The notes: generated by a model not told the origin, from the sequence alone. A stretch of 64,000 nt of DNA from Fimbriosthenelais zetlandica (GCA_977030845.1 OZ365118.1:17794001-17858000), one strand, 5' to 3'. Numbered from the stretch's first letter, positions 13,297 through 27,183 are shown. Program-made: numbers and translations.

Positions 13297-16200
13297 TGGG
13301 GACGACGTGCTATGTGTGTTTGACCTTTACAGGGCGCGAAAAGGTCGTTTCATGACAACAGCGACCTGTTTATCCTCTCCCTTAAACATGGAACACATTC
13401 CTTTAAAATTTTTAAAGAACGTTCTCCCACTCTTTGCATGTAATAGTATGAAATGTTGTCTTAAAGCCACCGATATTGTGTGTTCCAAGCCCTTTTTTAC
13501 TACAATTTGACAGCCCTTCTAAATGTATCTCATAAATTAATACTTGATGGACAGAACAGGCGGAATACAGCAGTTTTGAGTACCCCACTGAACTGCTGCA
13601 TTAGGCACTCTTGAATAATCAGAATGAATTAGACGTGTCCACCTCAAAGTGGACAAGCTCATTGGGGTTGTAATCCACCTCCCCTGTGTCCACTTACTGT
13701 CCACGCAGTGTCCACTACAGCCATGTTGCACACCTGGACCCTCTAATGACCCTCCCTGTTGGCATACATTCGTTGGGGATATTTTGGCGTTAGCCTTCAC
13801 ACCTTTTTGGGGCCATGACAGTTAGTTAGCTGTGAGCGACCTTCCTACTTGGATTTTAAGTTAAATTTCCACACTGAGGCAATTTCCCACTCACCTAACC
13901 ATTCCAATATTAAAATCTCATTTTCCATGATGTTTCAACTTAAATTATGCAGGAAGCAATCAAAAGTGATCGTTTTAAGTGAGCAGTTTCAAAGCCCCCA
14001 AAAATCTCCCTTCAGAACAAAGGGCCCCGAAAGCCCTCTTACTGCTGGCCCATGATGAGATAACCATCTCTGGGGTGACACCAGTTAAAGTGGGACGCCC
14101 TAATTAGGTCATGTCATTAACGAACATGATAATAGGCAGGTGTGAACGACAGCAATGTAACATGTCCATTGGGGATTGCATGTGAAGAGCCTACATGATA
14201 AGCAGGGCAAACGAAAAAACAATTCTCAAAAAACAGAACCGAAAAAAGAAGGATTTATCGCGAAACAATTAATATTTATTTGTACTGGTGACAAATGTAA
14301 TTTTCCAATGAATTGCTTCATGCAGAATTGAGATAAAAGTTGTGGCGATCTCTTTGGCTCAGAGTATATCGATTGGAGTTGAGATGACAGGGGTTTTGAT
14401 ACAATAGCTTCAAAGCATCCCCAACACTTTTGCTATAGTAAACCGCCCCACCCCCCCAGGGTGGTAAAAGTTCTGTGGTGATTGCCCTAGAATAAAGGGC
14501 TACATAGTGACGTAATTCGCCTGTCATTAATATTGTATTCTATTAACTACATTCATAAAACGAGGGCTCCAATGTCACTTCATTGTCAAATCTTCAGGTA
14601 CGTGCTTCCCCCAAGATTTAATCCCAAACCATTTTGTGAAAACCAAGATATTTCTCCCATAAATGATGAAATGACAAACCATTCGAAGTATCCCAGATAT
14701 TGGAATGACGGAAAGTAAGGTATTGGAGGTTATTCTCTGAGAGACCATTCCATTGGCTTTAAGTGCATGGATTTTATAGTGTCTACAGTCTATATCCGCG
14801 TTTAAGTGACCTGACTCACTGGTCATTCGTCAGCACTAGGCTCAATACCTGAACCTTTGGTCATTGTAATGTATATGGCCATTTGAATGCGAACCTGTAA
14901 TTAAGAGACTTAATTTTGAACTGGCTGGCTAGTGGATAGGGCTTATGTAAGCGTGCAGGATTTCCTGGTCACATTCCTGAAAGTATTGTAGCTGTAAATG
15001 TGTTACTAGATACTCCACAACACTGTGTAGTACTGAATGAACCATTGGTTCTAATGGGAGATTCCAGTCTATGGGAGAAGGGGAATCCACCAATAAATGT
15101 GAGAGAGGGAGAGAGATAGAGACTTTGGCATGGGCTTTGATATTGCGGAGAATCCAATTTTCTGCTTAATAATTCAAATAAATATAATTGAAATCTTTTA
15201 GCATGAAGTCTCTGTCATCATGTTACTACAGGTCAGACCAATGCAAAGTTCCTCAACAGGAGCCCAACTTCTGAAAGCTTTAATGAAATGCTCGCAGGTG
15301 AAAATTGCTGTGGATTGAAGCTACTAAATTGGCACGCGTCTGTTGTATTTCATTGGACCCTAAACCCATTAGAACACAAGTATTGAAAGTCTCTCGAATA
15401 GTGGCATCCAAACAGAAGTTTGAGACATTGAAGAAGAGATACCAAGGGCTTTAAGGTTGTACAAGTCGGACGTTAATGGTCATACATCAAAGGGAAACTC
15501 TGCACCGAGGGCGTAGACAGGGGATTGGGTAATGAGAGGTTAGTACTGGACCCCCATCAGAGTCTGTGATTTAGGGTCTTTTATAAGTTAGGGGTCCACT
15601 GGCTGAGGTCCCAGGGTCCTGATGGTCAGTGATGGTCAGAAAAAGGGCCTGAGGTCACAAGGAAAGCTTGACCATAGCTCTTGGTGACTCTGTTGGTCAC
15701 TTTTAAAGTTATAATTGAAAGGTATCCTCCTAATCAAGTTTCCTTAGATTTTCATTCTTTTTCATATACTGAGATGGGTTCATCTTTCAGGAAATGGTTG
15801 TTAAAACGAGACAAGAAGACCCTCAAATCCCTTAGAATATCTTAGTATATAGCATGACGCAGGAACTTTCCCTTTCAAACCCAATCTTGGCTGGTATCAC
15901 TTTGAAAGTTTTACTGCTAAGAGAGCCTGGATAGAATATTGCCTGAGGGGAACTAGAGGCATGGGTCAGAGTGGTGTAAGAAGCACACCTGGACAGGTAA
16001 AAATCCCTTTGATCCATCCACTATAGGCTGCTGGTAGGGGGTAAGGCTCTAATTGGTAGGAGGGTGTGGAGTGATGCTGGACATAAGTGAGTCAAGGGGA
16101 TGGGTCAGCCACACACCCACCTGGTCAGTATTCATTGATGGACAGTCAGAAAACTTCTGTCTCCATTATATGAAGTGACAAAAATGTTGCTCAATAGCCA

Positions 16201-17730
16201 CCTTTTTACCTGACTAATTGGACAATTAGTCCGGGGAAAGTTACAATGAAACGGACTTTATTTTGGATGTATTGTCCAGTTTCTACATTTGTGACTTGAT
16301 TTTTGTCATGAAATTCCTCGAACATGGACAATAAAATACTTTGAACTTTAAACTTAATTTCGTTCATGCCTTCAATTGCTTTTAGTACTTAAAAAAATTA
16401 ACATATTAATATATTTCTCGTTGACCAACTCAGTTTGTAGTCAGAGATTTTTCTCTAAGCCTTAGTAAGGTGGAAAGAGATTTTTGGGCTTTGATTAAAA
16501 CAGGACTGGTCACAAAGCAGAAATGCCGCCAAGATTTAAAGAGAATGAAAGGTGGGAAAAGCAGCAGTCAAATATTTGCCTTACATCTGTGTATGCCATG
16601 GTGGTTGGGTGAATGTTTAATTCATTGCCGCAGCTCTTTGCTGTTGAACATTAGCAATGGAGGAAAACGGACCTAAAAGCCTCGACCTATTACAAATACT
16701 GCCCTGCCCTCTTCCTCCCACATTCCCCCGGCCTAAGCAGGCATTGGTGTAAGCCTCAATGCATGGGTCTCAATCCGTCCACCTGGCTCCGCCATGCACT
16801 ACTCCTATTACCTTGTAAATTCACCTCAGGTGTTAGATTCATATGTTGTGTAATGTCATCTCAAAGTTTTTCTATTGCATATTCATAATTGAATGAAATC
16901 ATCTGGGATTTCGCTCGTTTTTATAGGTAAATCTCAAATGGTTGTTTCATTGCTTATTTTCCAAGGCTGTTCTTTTAATATTACATTATTTTTTTCTTTT
17001 GTTTACTAGATATGACTGTATTAACTTTATAGTTATCCCTCAGGGCAGCCAAAGATATATGAAGCACATTCTAATTTTATATTTCCTGCCATTTGGATAT
17101 TTCTAATTCCCCAAATTTTATGACCTGCTCTCAAATTGGGATCAACATGAAATTTCTAGGACTAGTGCCTTCTAAATTATTGCTAGGACTACAAGAACAA
17201 TATAACCTTTTTCTTAAAATTCATTCATTTGCAAACGTTGCAAGACCAAGATTTTTTGTCTTTCAAAGGACAAATCTGAATGAACTGCTGAACCTACACA
17301 AAGTCATTTCTTAGAAAGTATATGAGATAATATTCTTGTAAACTTATGAAAATTTTTTCTGTCTCTGCCCACTCTGTAATCATACTTTCTCTTGGCCTTG
17401 TCACCGTCCTTCCCACTTCACACTGTAAGGTGTGAAAGGTAAACTGTAGGATCACCAAAGCTAAGACTCCTACACGAGCAGCGAGTCAACAACAAACAAG
17501 GAGCGATATGCTCCACATAGTGTAAACTAGGTCACAATGCCCGGCTCTTTGTCAACTACCGTTACTGCGGGCCTAAATGTCCAGTGGTAAACCACTAAAA
17601 AGGCTTCCTTATCACACCTGTTTTTTTTTGTAAATATTTTTTAATTGATGAGTATTTTATTAGGGTCAGATTGATTAATGACGTTTGGAATTATTCCATT
17701 AAATGAAACCTGTTAAATACCCTCCATGTA

Positions 17731-17808
17731 CTCATGCGTTTTCTCTTCTTTTTTATTTTAGGTGAGTGAAAAATTGTTCAGTTTCGTGGTATTTATTATT
17801 GTAAGTAT
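17731..17808 (+). other. Recursive splice site 2 (AG 17760-17761 | GT 17762-17763) with a 39-nt cryptic exon
   Basis: Branch-like CTCAT at 17731-17735, then ttttctcttcttttttattttAG|GTGAGT. A downstream donor ATT|GTAAGTAT has its GT at 17801. Confidence 0.8.
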
Positions 17809-20800
17809 GCATATGAGTTTGGTACTTTGAGAATTCTCTGAGGTTGAACAAACTTTTTGTCCTAAATTTTCTGTAGCTAGATCTTTTTTGATGGGGATTA
17901 TCTAATCCCAATTTGGAAAAATGGGCACATACTCTCTCTGTTTTCCTTTGGTGGAAAATAATTTTTACAAAGATATGTGTAGACTCGCGCTCTGTCTTGA
18001 TTTTGCTGGCCTCTTAGTCTCAATGTCTAAACAAACTTTGTGGCCACATTTTGAAGATCAGACCTGATCCAAATGACAGCAGGGTGGGAGGGAGAGTGGC
18101 AGGAGACGGGGTGTAGCCTTACAGGAACAGTTGACTGTATAGGTATTCCTCGTCCACCTATTGCCATCTCAGTCAATAAACACGCCTTAAAGGCTGAGTA
18201 AAGGCGAGCTAAAGGCAGGCACAAGTCTGATACCTGACACTGTCTGAGATAAAACCTCCACTAAACCCCGCTAACAGATCACCTTCCCTTTACTAGACCC
18301 AGCGAAAAGTTCATATGGCATATGGCTAAATATGGTCCATTCTAAATGAACTGCTACAATTTTTGCCATTTTTTTCTTTTTTGAGTGATGAATTTACCTG
18401 CATAGGCTACAATGCACTACCTGCCATGGGGACATAAGGCTTACCTCAATTTAAAAAAAGATATTGTGTGGCGTTTTAAAGTTTCCATTGAATTTGCACT
18501 GGGGATTCTAACCCAAAAAATATATATTGAAATCCTATTAATAAAATAGTCTTGCTATAGTTAAGGTGCAGGGCAGTAATAATGCCACCTAGACAAGCAC
18601 CCATGAGTTAAGGTTAAGATATTTGTTTTATATTGGAACACGATGCACAGTGTATGGAACCCGTTACAGCCCACTCTCTCCTCTAGCCTGACGAGCCAGG
18701 GGCACACAAATCACTGCCTCATGGTGTGTATTCAACACAAATCCAATATTAGTCTCATCTATTGACTACCTCTACATCACTCACACATTTATTGGACTCA
18801 AAACTCACCTACTCAGGCCGAACAATTAAACATTTTGTTTCACAATTCCCCAGTTTCACCAGCAATTTCATTCTGGTTGCCTAATTTTTCAACATCAAAT
18901 TGATGTTGCACCTCCAATATGAGTTTTGATTTGATCCAATTTGAGAGAAAAGAAATCAAATGAAAATTGTTGGACATGTCACTTGTAGCACAAAGACTTA
19001 TTTGTCAGGCCTCACCAGCCAAATGGGCTGGGCAGGCAGCAGTAGCATGTTTTACATGGTAAATGGAGTGATTTCTATGCTAACACATGGAAGACTTGAG
19101 TGGAGGAGGCATTCCATGAAAATTTATGATACATGGATAAAAGGCTATTGACCCGAGCTTTGGACAAGGTCAAAGGGGAATGGGGTGAAGGTCTCAACTG
19201 GAGTTGGTTCTTCTTACAAGTGGAGATACTGGAACATTTATTAAAAACTACAGATAAATAATACTTTGTGAAAGCAACACTGGGGAGGAATTATTTGAAT
19301 TCTTCAGGGTTCGAGATTGTGTCCAGATCAATGGAAGTTTCTTGGTATCTGAATGGAAAATTATTGTTGGAAGTTTTCGATAACATTTAGGAATGTGAGT
19401 TAGAATTTCTTGGGGTGGGATCGATGTTCCTGGGATGGTTTAGAGAGGGTGGGTGTGTTGGGAGTGGGGGGTGGGGGAGAGAACAGTTATCATGATAAAG
19501 TTGAGTCCACACCAGCCTCGCCGGCATTGCATGTCACCATGTGAGATGGTTGGAGATTGTGAGCGCCGAGCATTCTATGTCCCTGTAAAAACATGTTAGA
19601 ACTTGTGAAACAAAGCATGAAAATTCACATGCTAATCCATGGGAAAGTATAGAAACGGAGCGGAGTCCATATTATGGGGACCTGCGAATGAAAGGAACAT
19701 CAAAGCTGCAGTTGCTATAATCTTTTACAATTTCTAGGACGCAGTTTATCCTTATCATAGTTATTACAGTGAATGAAAAAGCTTGCCATAATTTAAAGGG
19801 AATGATCTTGTGTTATGAAAGATTACAGTTTTTGGGGAATGGGGGAAACCTCAAATTAGGTATTCTTTTACTTTTAATAAAAGGGAAAAAAAGCTAAATG
19901 GAATTTCCCCCCCAAAAAAGAGGGCGTAATGAAAGGAATCATTTCAAGTTGTGAAGTGTTAATGGGGTCTTTGTAAGAAGTTGATGGGATTCTGAGGGTA
20001 GAAATGAAAATGGAAATAATGGCTGAAGAAAGGATGACAAAAAAATGACAAATTTGTCAAAAAAGGAGCCTTTTGGTTTTTTGTCGTTTGTCCCTAGCCA
20101 GGTGAGGTGGTCCAAGCAGAAACGTATGCCACACTCCAAATTTTCACAAGGAAAAAACTTTTAGTTTTTGATATTTAATAGTGGAAATTATCACGTGGTC
20201 GTGATGTACTCCAGGTATAATAATGGAGCTTTATTGTAGACAACATTTTTACATTTTTTTCTCTCTCCTTTGTCACTAGACCTGCGATAAGGTTAGGTTT
20301 TCATGCCGGGATTTTTGACATGCAATGTGAAGCATGGAAGAAGGATTTCATTTGACCCCGTGTCCTGCGAATTGAGAGCATGGACAAAGAACTGCATTTC
20401 TTAAATACAACTATTCATACAAAATATAAAATATGAAAATTGAAAGTACAAAGGAGCCCAATATCCCTTTAATAAGAAATATAAAATTTCATATATCCAA
20501 TATGAAAAGATTGTTTCAGAGGTCAGACTTGGAAGCAATGTGTTGATTCTATAACAAAAGGGACAATGAAGAAATTAAAGATGTGACGATGAAAAGGAGT
20601 GAGTTGAAATGGTGAAACTAATGCCAATTAATGTTGTTGTCACAATGAGTGACAGCTCCGCAGAAGCACTGTCATGTACACATATACTATAGCTGTAGGC
20701 CATTTCTCAACTCCCATACCTTAATATCCTTCAAAACTCACTACCTGTTGAGGATTTAGCTGGAATTTTAAGAGGTTTCAACTCAGTTTGGCTGTTTGCT

Positions 20801-21918
20801 TTTTTAACGCAAAGTGGCCTCATCCATTCCATCCATACAGGATTTCAGAGAAAAACGGGAATCTCCATGGCATTTGATTGCAGATAAGAAGTATTTGCAT
20901 TTTTATGTGTTGAAAAGAGTCCAAGGAACTATTATTGGGAACAATATTCCTTTGGACGGATGGCCTTTTAATCACAACGGGACGTATATTGAAGATCCCT
21001 ATCTACTTCAGTGTACATTTCAAATCCTTGATATTTAAAAAGCATCTGATTTTTTTTCAGTTTGCTATGAATGGCTGTGTTGAGATGGTATCTGAGGTAA
21101 TGCAGCTTTAAGCAGACGCTGATTGAAAACTCGGTTATCTCTGAGACCTTCTGAGACTTCATCTGATGTGGCCCTGTGTGGCCACATCTCAATTGATGTG
21201 GCACGGCCATTATATCTTATACTCTGTTGAAGCACAAAAACTGACACTGGCTTTCTATGCTAAGGATTTGAAAATACCCCATTGTTGATTTTTAGAAATC
21301 CTGGGAAAATATTTAAGGTATTTTATCTGATTACAAACAGAAGAATTTCAGAAGGACATCCATGATCCGTGGGCTTAGGAATTCACCAAAAAATGCTTTG
21401 GTGTCATGATATTATCCCAAATGGTTAAATTGCGAGGAGGATAGGAGATTTCATTGTGATTCCAATCAGGATCCATCAGGTGTCATTTGAAATTTGATGG
21501 TAAATTGCCTCATTGTGCCACTCTTCAAACTTGTTGCGTTAAGACCAGAGGAAGGAAGTGTCATTTTGGGTGGCGGGTGGAGGATGGGAGGGTGGGGGTG
21601 GGTGAGAATCTTGATTATAAATAGTGAGTGGACTTGTTTCTGTCACTGAGTCTTGTTAACAGTGAGGAGTGGGACACGGGAGGCCTGACACACATAGTAG
21701 GGAGAACTTGGTCTGTGTGTTTTACAACCTCAGCCTCGGGCCAAGTAAATTCTCTCTACCATGACTGACAGGAAGGCCCTCCCTGTAACCTCCACTACTG
21801 TCATCTCTATCTTATCATAGCAGCAGGCCGACAGCGTGTTTCCTCTCATCATGAGATATCTGAATAATTGGTGACGGGACAATATACTTCAGGGCTCCAG
21901 CTAGCAGGTACCACTGGG

Positions 21919-22037
21919 GCTCCCTATAAGCCAAATGGAAAAGAAAGAAGCAGTGTGAGTGGATGTGGTGGGGGGGGGGGGGGTGCACCTGAGGGTAGCT
22001 GGTGGCGGATTCGAGGCACAGCCTGGGTCATAGCTTT
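21919..22037 (+). repeat. Dispersed two-module repeat, copy A
   Basis: GCTCCCTATAAGCCAAATGG (20/20 identical to 59261-59280), then a poly-G tract, then GTAGCTG-GTGGCGGATTCGAGGCACAG...TAGCTTT, which is similar to the reverse complement of 59469-59519. Confidence 0.6.
21970..21983. repeat. Poly-G tract (G14)
   Basis: Direct reading of the sequence. Confidence 0.9.
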
Positions 22038-22373
22038 TACCTTAACACTCCACTGGTTGTATGCACTGTTTCAATATCTCAGTACCCCTACCCCGGTATC
22101 TCTTCCAAGTACAAAGTTTCAATATTATGACTGTATCTATAGTTCTGTGATTACATGGACTTAATGTGGTATAAATGTGAGATGCGCTTTACAAGGTAAA
22201 CTTGGTATAGTGTTACCAAATAGCTTGTGGTTACCTTGATACACATAACAGTGTATTGAATGGATAGTCGCATGATGGCATGGAAAGCCAGGTATTGTTA
22301 GAAGGGGGTGGGCCAAGCTGGAGGTGGGGTGGGGGGTACTGATTGTCAGAGGGAGAGGAGAGTGGGTGAATGT

Positions 22374-22389
22374 GGGGGGGGGGGGGGGG
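22374..22389. repeat. Poly-G tract (G16)
   Basis: Direct reading of the sequence. Confidence 0.9.
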
Positions 22390-23103
22390 AGGCAAGCTTG
22401 GGATTAGTTGGGATTAGTATTTAGGGTCTGAGTGAGGTGGGTAGGGGTGGCCGTCACATTGGTCACATTTCAGCCACATTGAATGTCTGTGTGTCAGTGA
22501 GTGTGTCTACCTGCGTGTATTACGTGTTGGGGATCAGTCTCTGCGTGTGTTATTTAGACAGGTAGGGGGTTGGTGTGTGTTGGAGGGGTCAGGGGGGTCA
22601 AACCCGGGGGGTGGGGTAGTTAGAGGGGTGAAAAGGACCGTGGCATGGTAAGGCTGGGGGTGACAATAGTGTGGACCACTACTACAGCCTTCACCGTGAG
22701 ATTGTTAATAGTTTGTTAACATTATTAGGTCCAATCATACCCTCTCTATAGTCTGTCAAATTGAGTGTTGAAACCAGGCCATTAAGGCCAATAATAAAAG
22801 GCTTTGTTCAAGCCTGGAGAAATTATACCAGAGAGAACTGGTCTTAAAATAATAGCGTCTGGAAAATAATCTCCCAAAGTATCGTTCACGATAGATTTTA
22901 CTGTTTATTTCTGTTTAAAAACATGTTTTTATTAAACAAATTTAATATGAAGCAAGCTAATATAAAATTGGATGGTAAATTAAAGAATTATGGGATTGGG
23001 AAATATAAGTTCCTCCTGGGGTGTTTTATTGCAGTTCTTAAACTCTGTCGATGTACATTGCTTATCATGAATGATCTTATGAAAAGCATGCACAATTAAA
23101 TTA

Positions 23104-23209
23104 GTTTCCATGGCAACGGTCATGCAATCATTACACAAAGAGGGTGGCATGGAAGAGGGGGAAGAAAAAGAGGGTGGGGGAGAAATGTCCCAGGGTTACC
23201 CGAGGTAAC
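23104..23209. promoter_or_regulatory. Pair of RFX X-boxes
   Basis: GTTTCCATGGCAAC at 23104-23117 and GTTACC-CGA-GGTAAC at 23195-23209. Both fit GTNRCC(N0-3)RGYAAC or its common GTTTCC variant. Confidence 0.5.
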
Positions 23210-23216
23210 CCCTCAT

Positions 23217-23261
23217 CCCCCCCCCCCCCCCCCCACCTACCCCCTTCCCCCCCCCCCCCCC
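23217..23261. repeat. Two poly-C tracts (C19 at 23217-23235, C15 at 23247-23261)
   Basis: Direct reading of the sequence. Confidence 0.9.
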
Positions 23262-24260
23262 TCCCCCTCACCCCCTAACCTGAGATTTCCTGACGACCAC
23301 TCTGAAATGCTAAGGTTGTCATAGTTACCGAGCATGTAATCCGTCAGCCAATACCATGTACTTGAAGCCATGGATTCGGACCCCGACTGCTTCTGAGATT
23401 TTCTCATGCTTTTCAATGCATGCCCCCAGAAAGCCTGTAATGGTACCCCAAGCAGAAAAAAACCGCTTGGCCTGTCCACGCAAAGTAAATTGGATCCTAC
23501 AATTCTTGTAGAATTTACTGACCTTTGGTTTCGAAAAAGAAATTGGAAAAGCAAGGAAAGTTGCTAACCTGGTTGTTAGAATTTGAAGCATTGCACCAAG
23601 GTGGCAGGGAAAGGGTGAGTGCCACCCCGGCCCCCATCTTACCCCCTCCCTCCTTACCCCTACAAATGAATGGAGATATTACTTCCAGTATGCTGGGTCC
23701 ATATAGGGGCAGAGGGAGAGAGGGAGAAAGAGAAGGTGGAGAGCATTGGTACAATGCTTCACTGTTGTCTCAACACGAAGAGCACACAATCATCTCTGCT
23801 CCACTCTCCTCCCAAAATCCCTTACGGTTCACTCATATACCCCTCACCATCAAAATATGCACAACATTCCAATTACGGAGGACATATAAACTATTCTGTG
23901 CATTTTGGTTAAGTTTCTAGAGTCTATTGTTACTTAAATTCATTGGGTTCTACGTCAGAAGTTATTGACTTAATATGAAGTCTAAATATATAGCCTTAAT
24001 ATCAGGATTCAATATTTAGATTAAATTTATGTAGATGGGCACAGTATGTAAATGACCTTTCTTCTTTCAAGCCCCTCTGATTGTTACACTCTCTGCCAAC
24101 TTGTCTTCAGAGCGGCACATCAGAGCCTTGTCATACTCAGCCTATTAGTTTAAATTATGACCATGAGGTGTCACACGGAATAATAAGCTTTTATGGGGCG
24201 AGGTGATATCAAAGCGTGAGATATGCTCGCTTAACATGCATTCTGCCCCTTTGCCACTTC

Positions 24261-24326
24261 ACCCCCTACCCCCTCACACTACCCCCTACCCCCTCACACT
24301 ACCCCCTACCCCCTCACACTACCCCC
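24261..24326. repeat. Minisatellite, 20-bp unit ACCCCCTACCCCCTCACACT x 3.3, perfect
   Basis: Units start at 24261, 24281 and 24301, plus a partial unit at 24321. Confidence 0.95.
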
Positions 24327-26184
24327 GCTCCCACCCCTCCTCCAGAACCCTCGCGCCATGTTAACCAATATAAATCATTCATAATTTGCCCTCATTCCTC
24401 GCCCCTGGTCCTCCCCTCACCCCAGCCACCCCTCGCTCCCAGGTGAGTGGAAGGAGTAGGCAAGGGGTGAATTAACATGAATTAAACTTGCTCCATATTT
24501 GGTCAATAATTATCTGCTCTTGTGGCTTATAAACATATACCCTTCCGACTCTTTCAAGTCTAAAATCATGAAATATCTTAAATCCATCAATTCTAAGCCA
24601 ATTCTAAGTTTGTTTTTAAAAGTTACCACTGGTTTCATTTCCCCGTCTGAAGTTTGTTCATGGTCCACCCCACTGTAATGGAGCATTTGTTTTCTTCATG
24701 AATTCCTAGTAAACTTCCCTCAAAATAGTCCCTCGACGATTAAATAAAACACAAGTTTTTCTCTTGTTCAAACAGGTTTCTCTGTCGTTCATCACTATGT
24801 ATATGTGGCATTCCCACAGTACATGTTAAAACACTTATAAAAGGAATTGAAACTGAATGTGGCTGGAGGGTAAGGAGAGAGTGAGTTGGGAGTCCTCATT
24901 TAAAGCATGATTTATGGAGGTAGAGAATGGCATTACAGAAGAATGATTTGTATTCTCTCACTTTAATCACTGGTGTCGCAGGCTTTGACCTGAGAAACAA
25001 AACTGTGGCATTTTCCTGCATGGCTCCAAGCCAACTCCGCCATGGGTTCAAGGGGCTGGGGGTGGGGGCTGAAAGGGCACAAGGAATATATTACTCCATA
25101 AAGTTATGAAAGAAATAATAGGAAATTTATAGGTATAAAGGTAGCATGTATTGTAAGCAGGTCTATGAATAGCGAGGGAAAATTATGGGGAATATTTGGG
25201 AGGACGTGGGATGCGGGTAGGAAATTGTGCTCTAGTCTCTAATTTATATTGGTGGGGAAATAGTGAAGACCATTGTGTCCCAAAACATTCGCTATTTTTT
25301 GCACAAGAACTGCTGCTAACTGGGAAATCAAGGCTAGCCACTGCCTAAGCTGAGAAGCATGTTTAAGTCCAGTGATAGCTGAAAAATTACTGACTGAACA
25401 CCTAGATTCATCCACTTTTCATTTGGGATGAAATAGCTGCACAGTGACAACTAGAGATGACTATGTGAATTTTTACTCTCTCTCGCTCTAGTATTATAAG
25501 GGGGGAGGTATAAAGGACTATTATATTAGCTGACGGGTAACCTGGGTGCAGCTCATCAGATGTGGGAATCAGACCCATTAATCCTCACAAGAAAATTAGC
25601 CAAAATACCTCCTTTGATCCTCGCTCTAAAAATGGATGTGTGAAAAAATGGGCCCAAGTGCCTGCCTGATCGAATGAAGATATAGGCGGATAGGACGCGA
25701 GAGATAGCATCTCTGGTCGGTGGTAACATGAAGAAAGACCCCGTTATACATTACATGGATATGGTGTGCAGCGAAAAAAAAACAAGAAAAGTTTAGAAAA
25801 TCTCCCAATCTGCTTATAAAATACTGAATTACATACCATTTGTTTTTGCAGTAATATATAGATTCTTTTCTATTAATTCAAGCAATATTGTTCAGTTATT
25901 TGAAAGAATCCACCGTTTTTAAAATTAGATTTATCTGTGGATGAATAATAGCTCAGTTTGGTCGTTTTGATGGCCATCACCTCCGCGGATCACTCGGCTT
26001 TAAGAAGCGTTATTTGATTAGGAGCAGATATATATCTGCGGCATAATTAACTCAAAAAGAAAAGCCATTCATCAAGTGTTTATTTCAACTGCAATTAGAT
26101 AATTTATCTTTGATCTGAGATGGATTGAGACCCGAGTGAGAAGGTGGCACGATTGAAACATATAGCTCATGCTTTTCTATGTAA

Positions 26185-26197
26185 CCCCCCCCCCCCC
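26185..26197. repeat. Poly-C tract (C13)
   Basis: Direct reading of the sequence. Confidence 0.9.
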
Positions 26198-27058
26198 TAT
26201 GTTCCATAATTTCATATCATGATTAATTAATATATTATGTCTCTTCGCCCTTTGAATTAACGATCTTGTGATTCATTAAGGTGACATAAGTAAGTTTAAA
26301 TCTTTTATGTGTATGTTTATAGTCTTTTAATTGATTAAATTTGTTTGGAATGCTCACCATGGGAACATAAACAGCAGTCATCAAATTAAGACGGTGACCT
26401 AGATTTTTGTTTAAAAACAACTTTTTTAAAATCACCTCTTTGATCATTCTAGAATCAGGCATCCTAATTATCCAACTTTTTTGTGAACATTCTTTCATTT
26501 ATCTTGACTTTAGATCAATCATTTTAGAGGTAATATGCCGGGATTCCGTCATCTCTTGGTGCCTCTGTTAATCTATGTGATATAATTCACCCTCATCTTC
26601 AGTTTTTTCATGTTGTTTTGACGTAAGATACCATCTTTTATTCGGTCAGGAATCATTAATAATTTGTGCCGCTATCTTCTGACGATGACAAATGTTGATA
26701 AATATACCTGAAGTTGGTGACTTAAGGACACAAAAAAAACACTAGACCTATTATTTGTTTCCGGCAAAGACCGATGATTCACTCTTAAAAAGATCTATTA
26801 AAATTCCTCGCTTCTACAATAAGAAAGACGCTCAATATATTAAAGATGTTTACTCAGTGGTTCTGTATTGAATCTGAAGTGTTGGTAGCAAAAAGTATTC
26901 TGATTGAATTTGAAGTTCTGGTGGCGTTTTGAGGTCTGATTTCAGGTGCATATTGCATCAGAGTATGTCTAAAGATGTCTATATTAGTTTAAACTACAAG
27001 GTCTATCATCGAGCTCTAAAAGTATCTTTATTCATACTAAATGTTTCCCCTTCTCTAG

Positions 27059-27183
27059 TATGAGTTTTCAGGGCGTAAACCTGATCTGCAATGGATCTCT
27101 TGAATCATTTCCATATTTGTCAGCCAACAAAAAGCTGGTCCTTGCCTCTTGCCTAACCTATATCTGTAGTGGTTCGTGTGTAG
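27059..27183 (+). other. Candidate cryptic or poison cassette exon (125 nt)
   Basis: Branch-like TACTAAA at 27035-27041, pyrimidine tract tgtttccccttctct, AG at 27057-27058, and donor TAG|GTGAGT at 27184. In phase 0 it has TGA at 27101-27103. No cadherin similarity. Confidence 0.35.

Noticed and set aside
14575-14603. tcttcAG|GTACGT at 14596-14603
   Set aside because: Short, purine-interrupted pyrimidine tract and no downstream helper donor.
16908-16932. tttcgctcgtttttatAG|GTAAAT at 16925-16932
   Set aside because: The donor lacks +5 G, there is no helper element, and it is only about 0.8 kb from the much stronger site 2.
20071-20107. ttgtccctAG-ccAG|GTGAGG near 20100
   Set aside because: The first AG after the tract is 4 nt upstream of the AG|GT, and there is no helper element.
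24421-24448. Possible fifth ratchet point, cccAG|GTGAGT at 24441-24448
   Set aside because: The tract is C-rich rather than T-rich, has an intervening AG 17 nt upstream, lacks a U1-like element at +35 to +39, and lies in low-complexity C-rich sequence.
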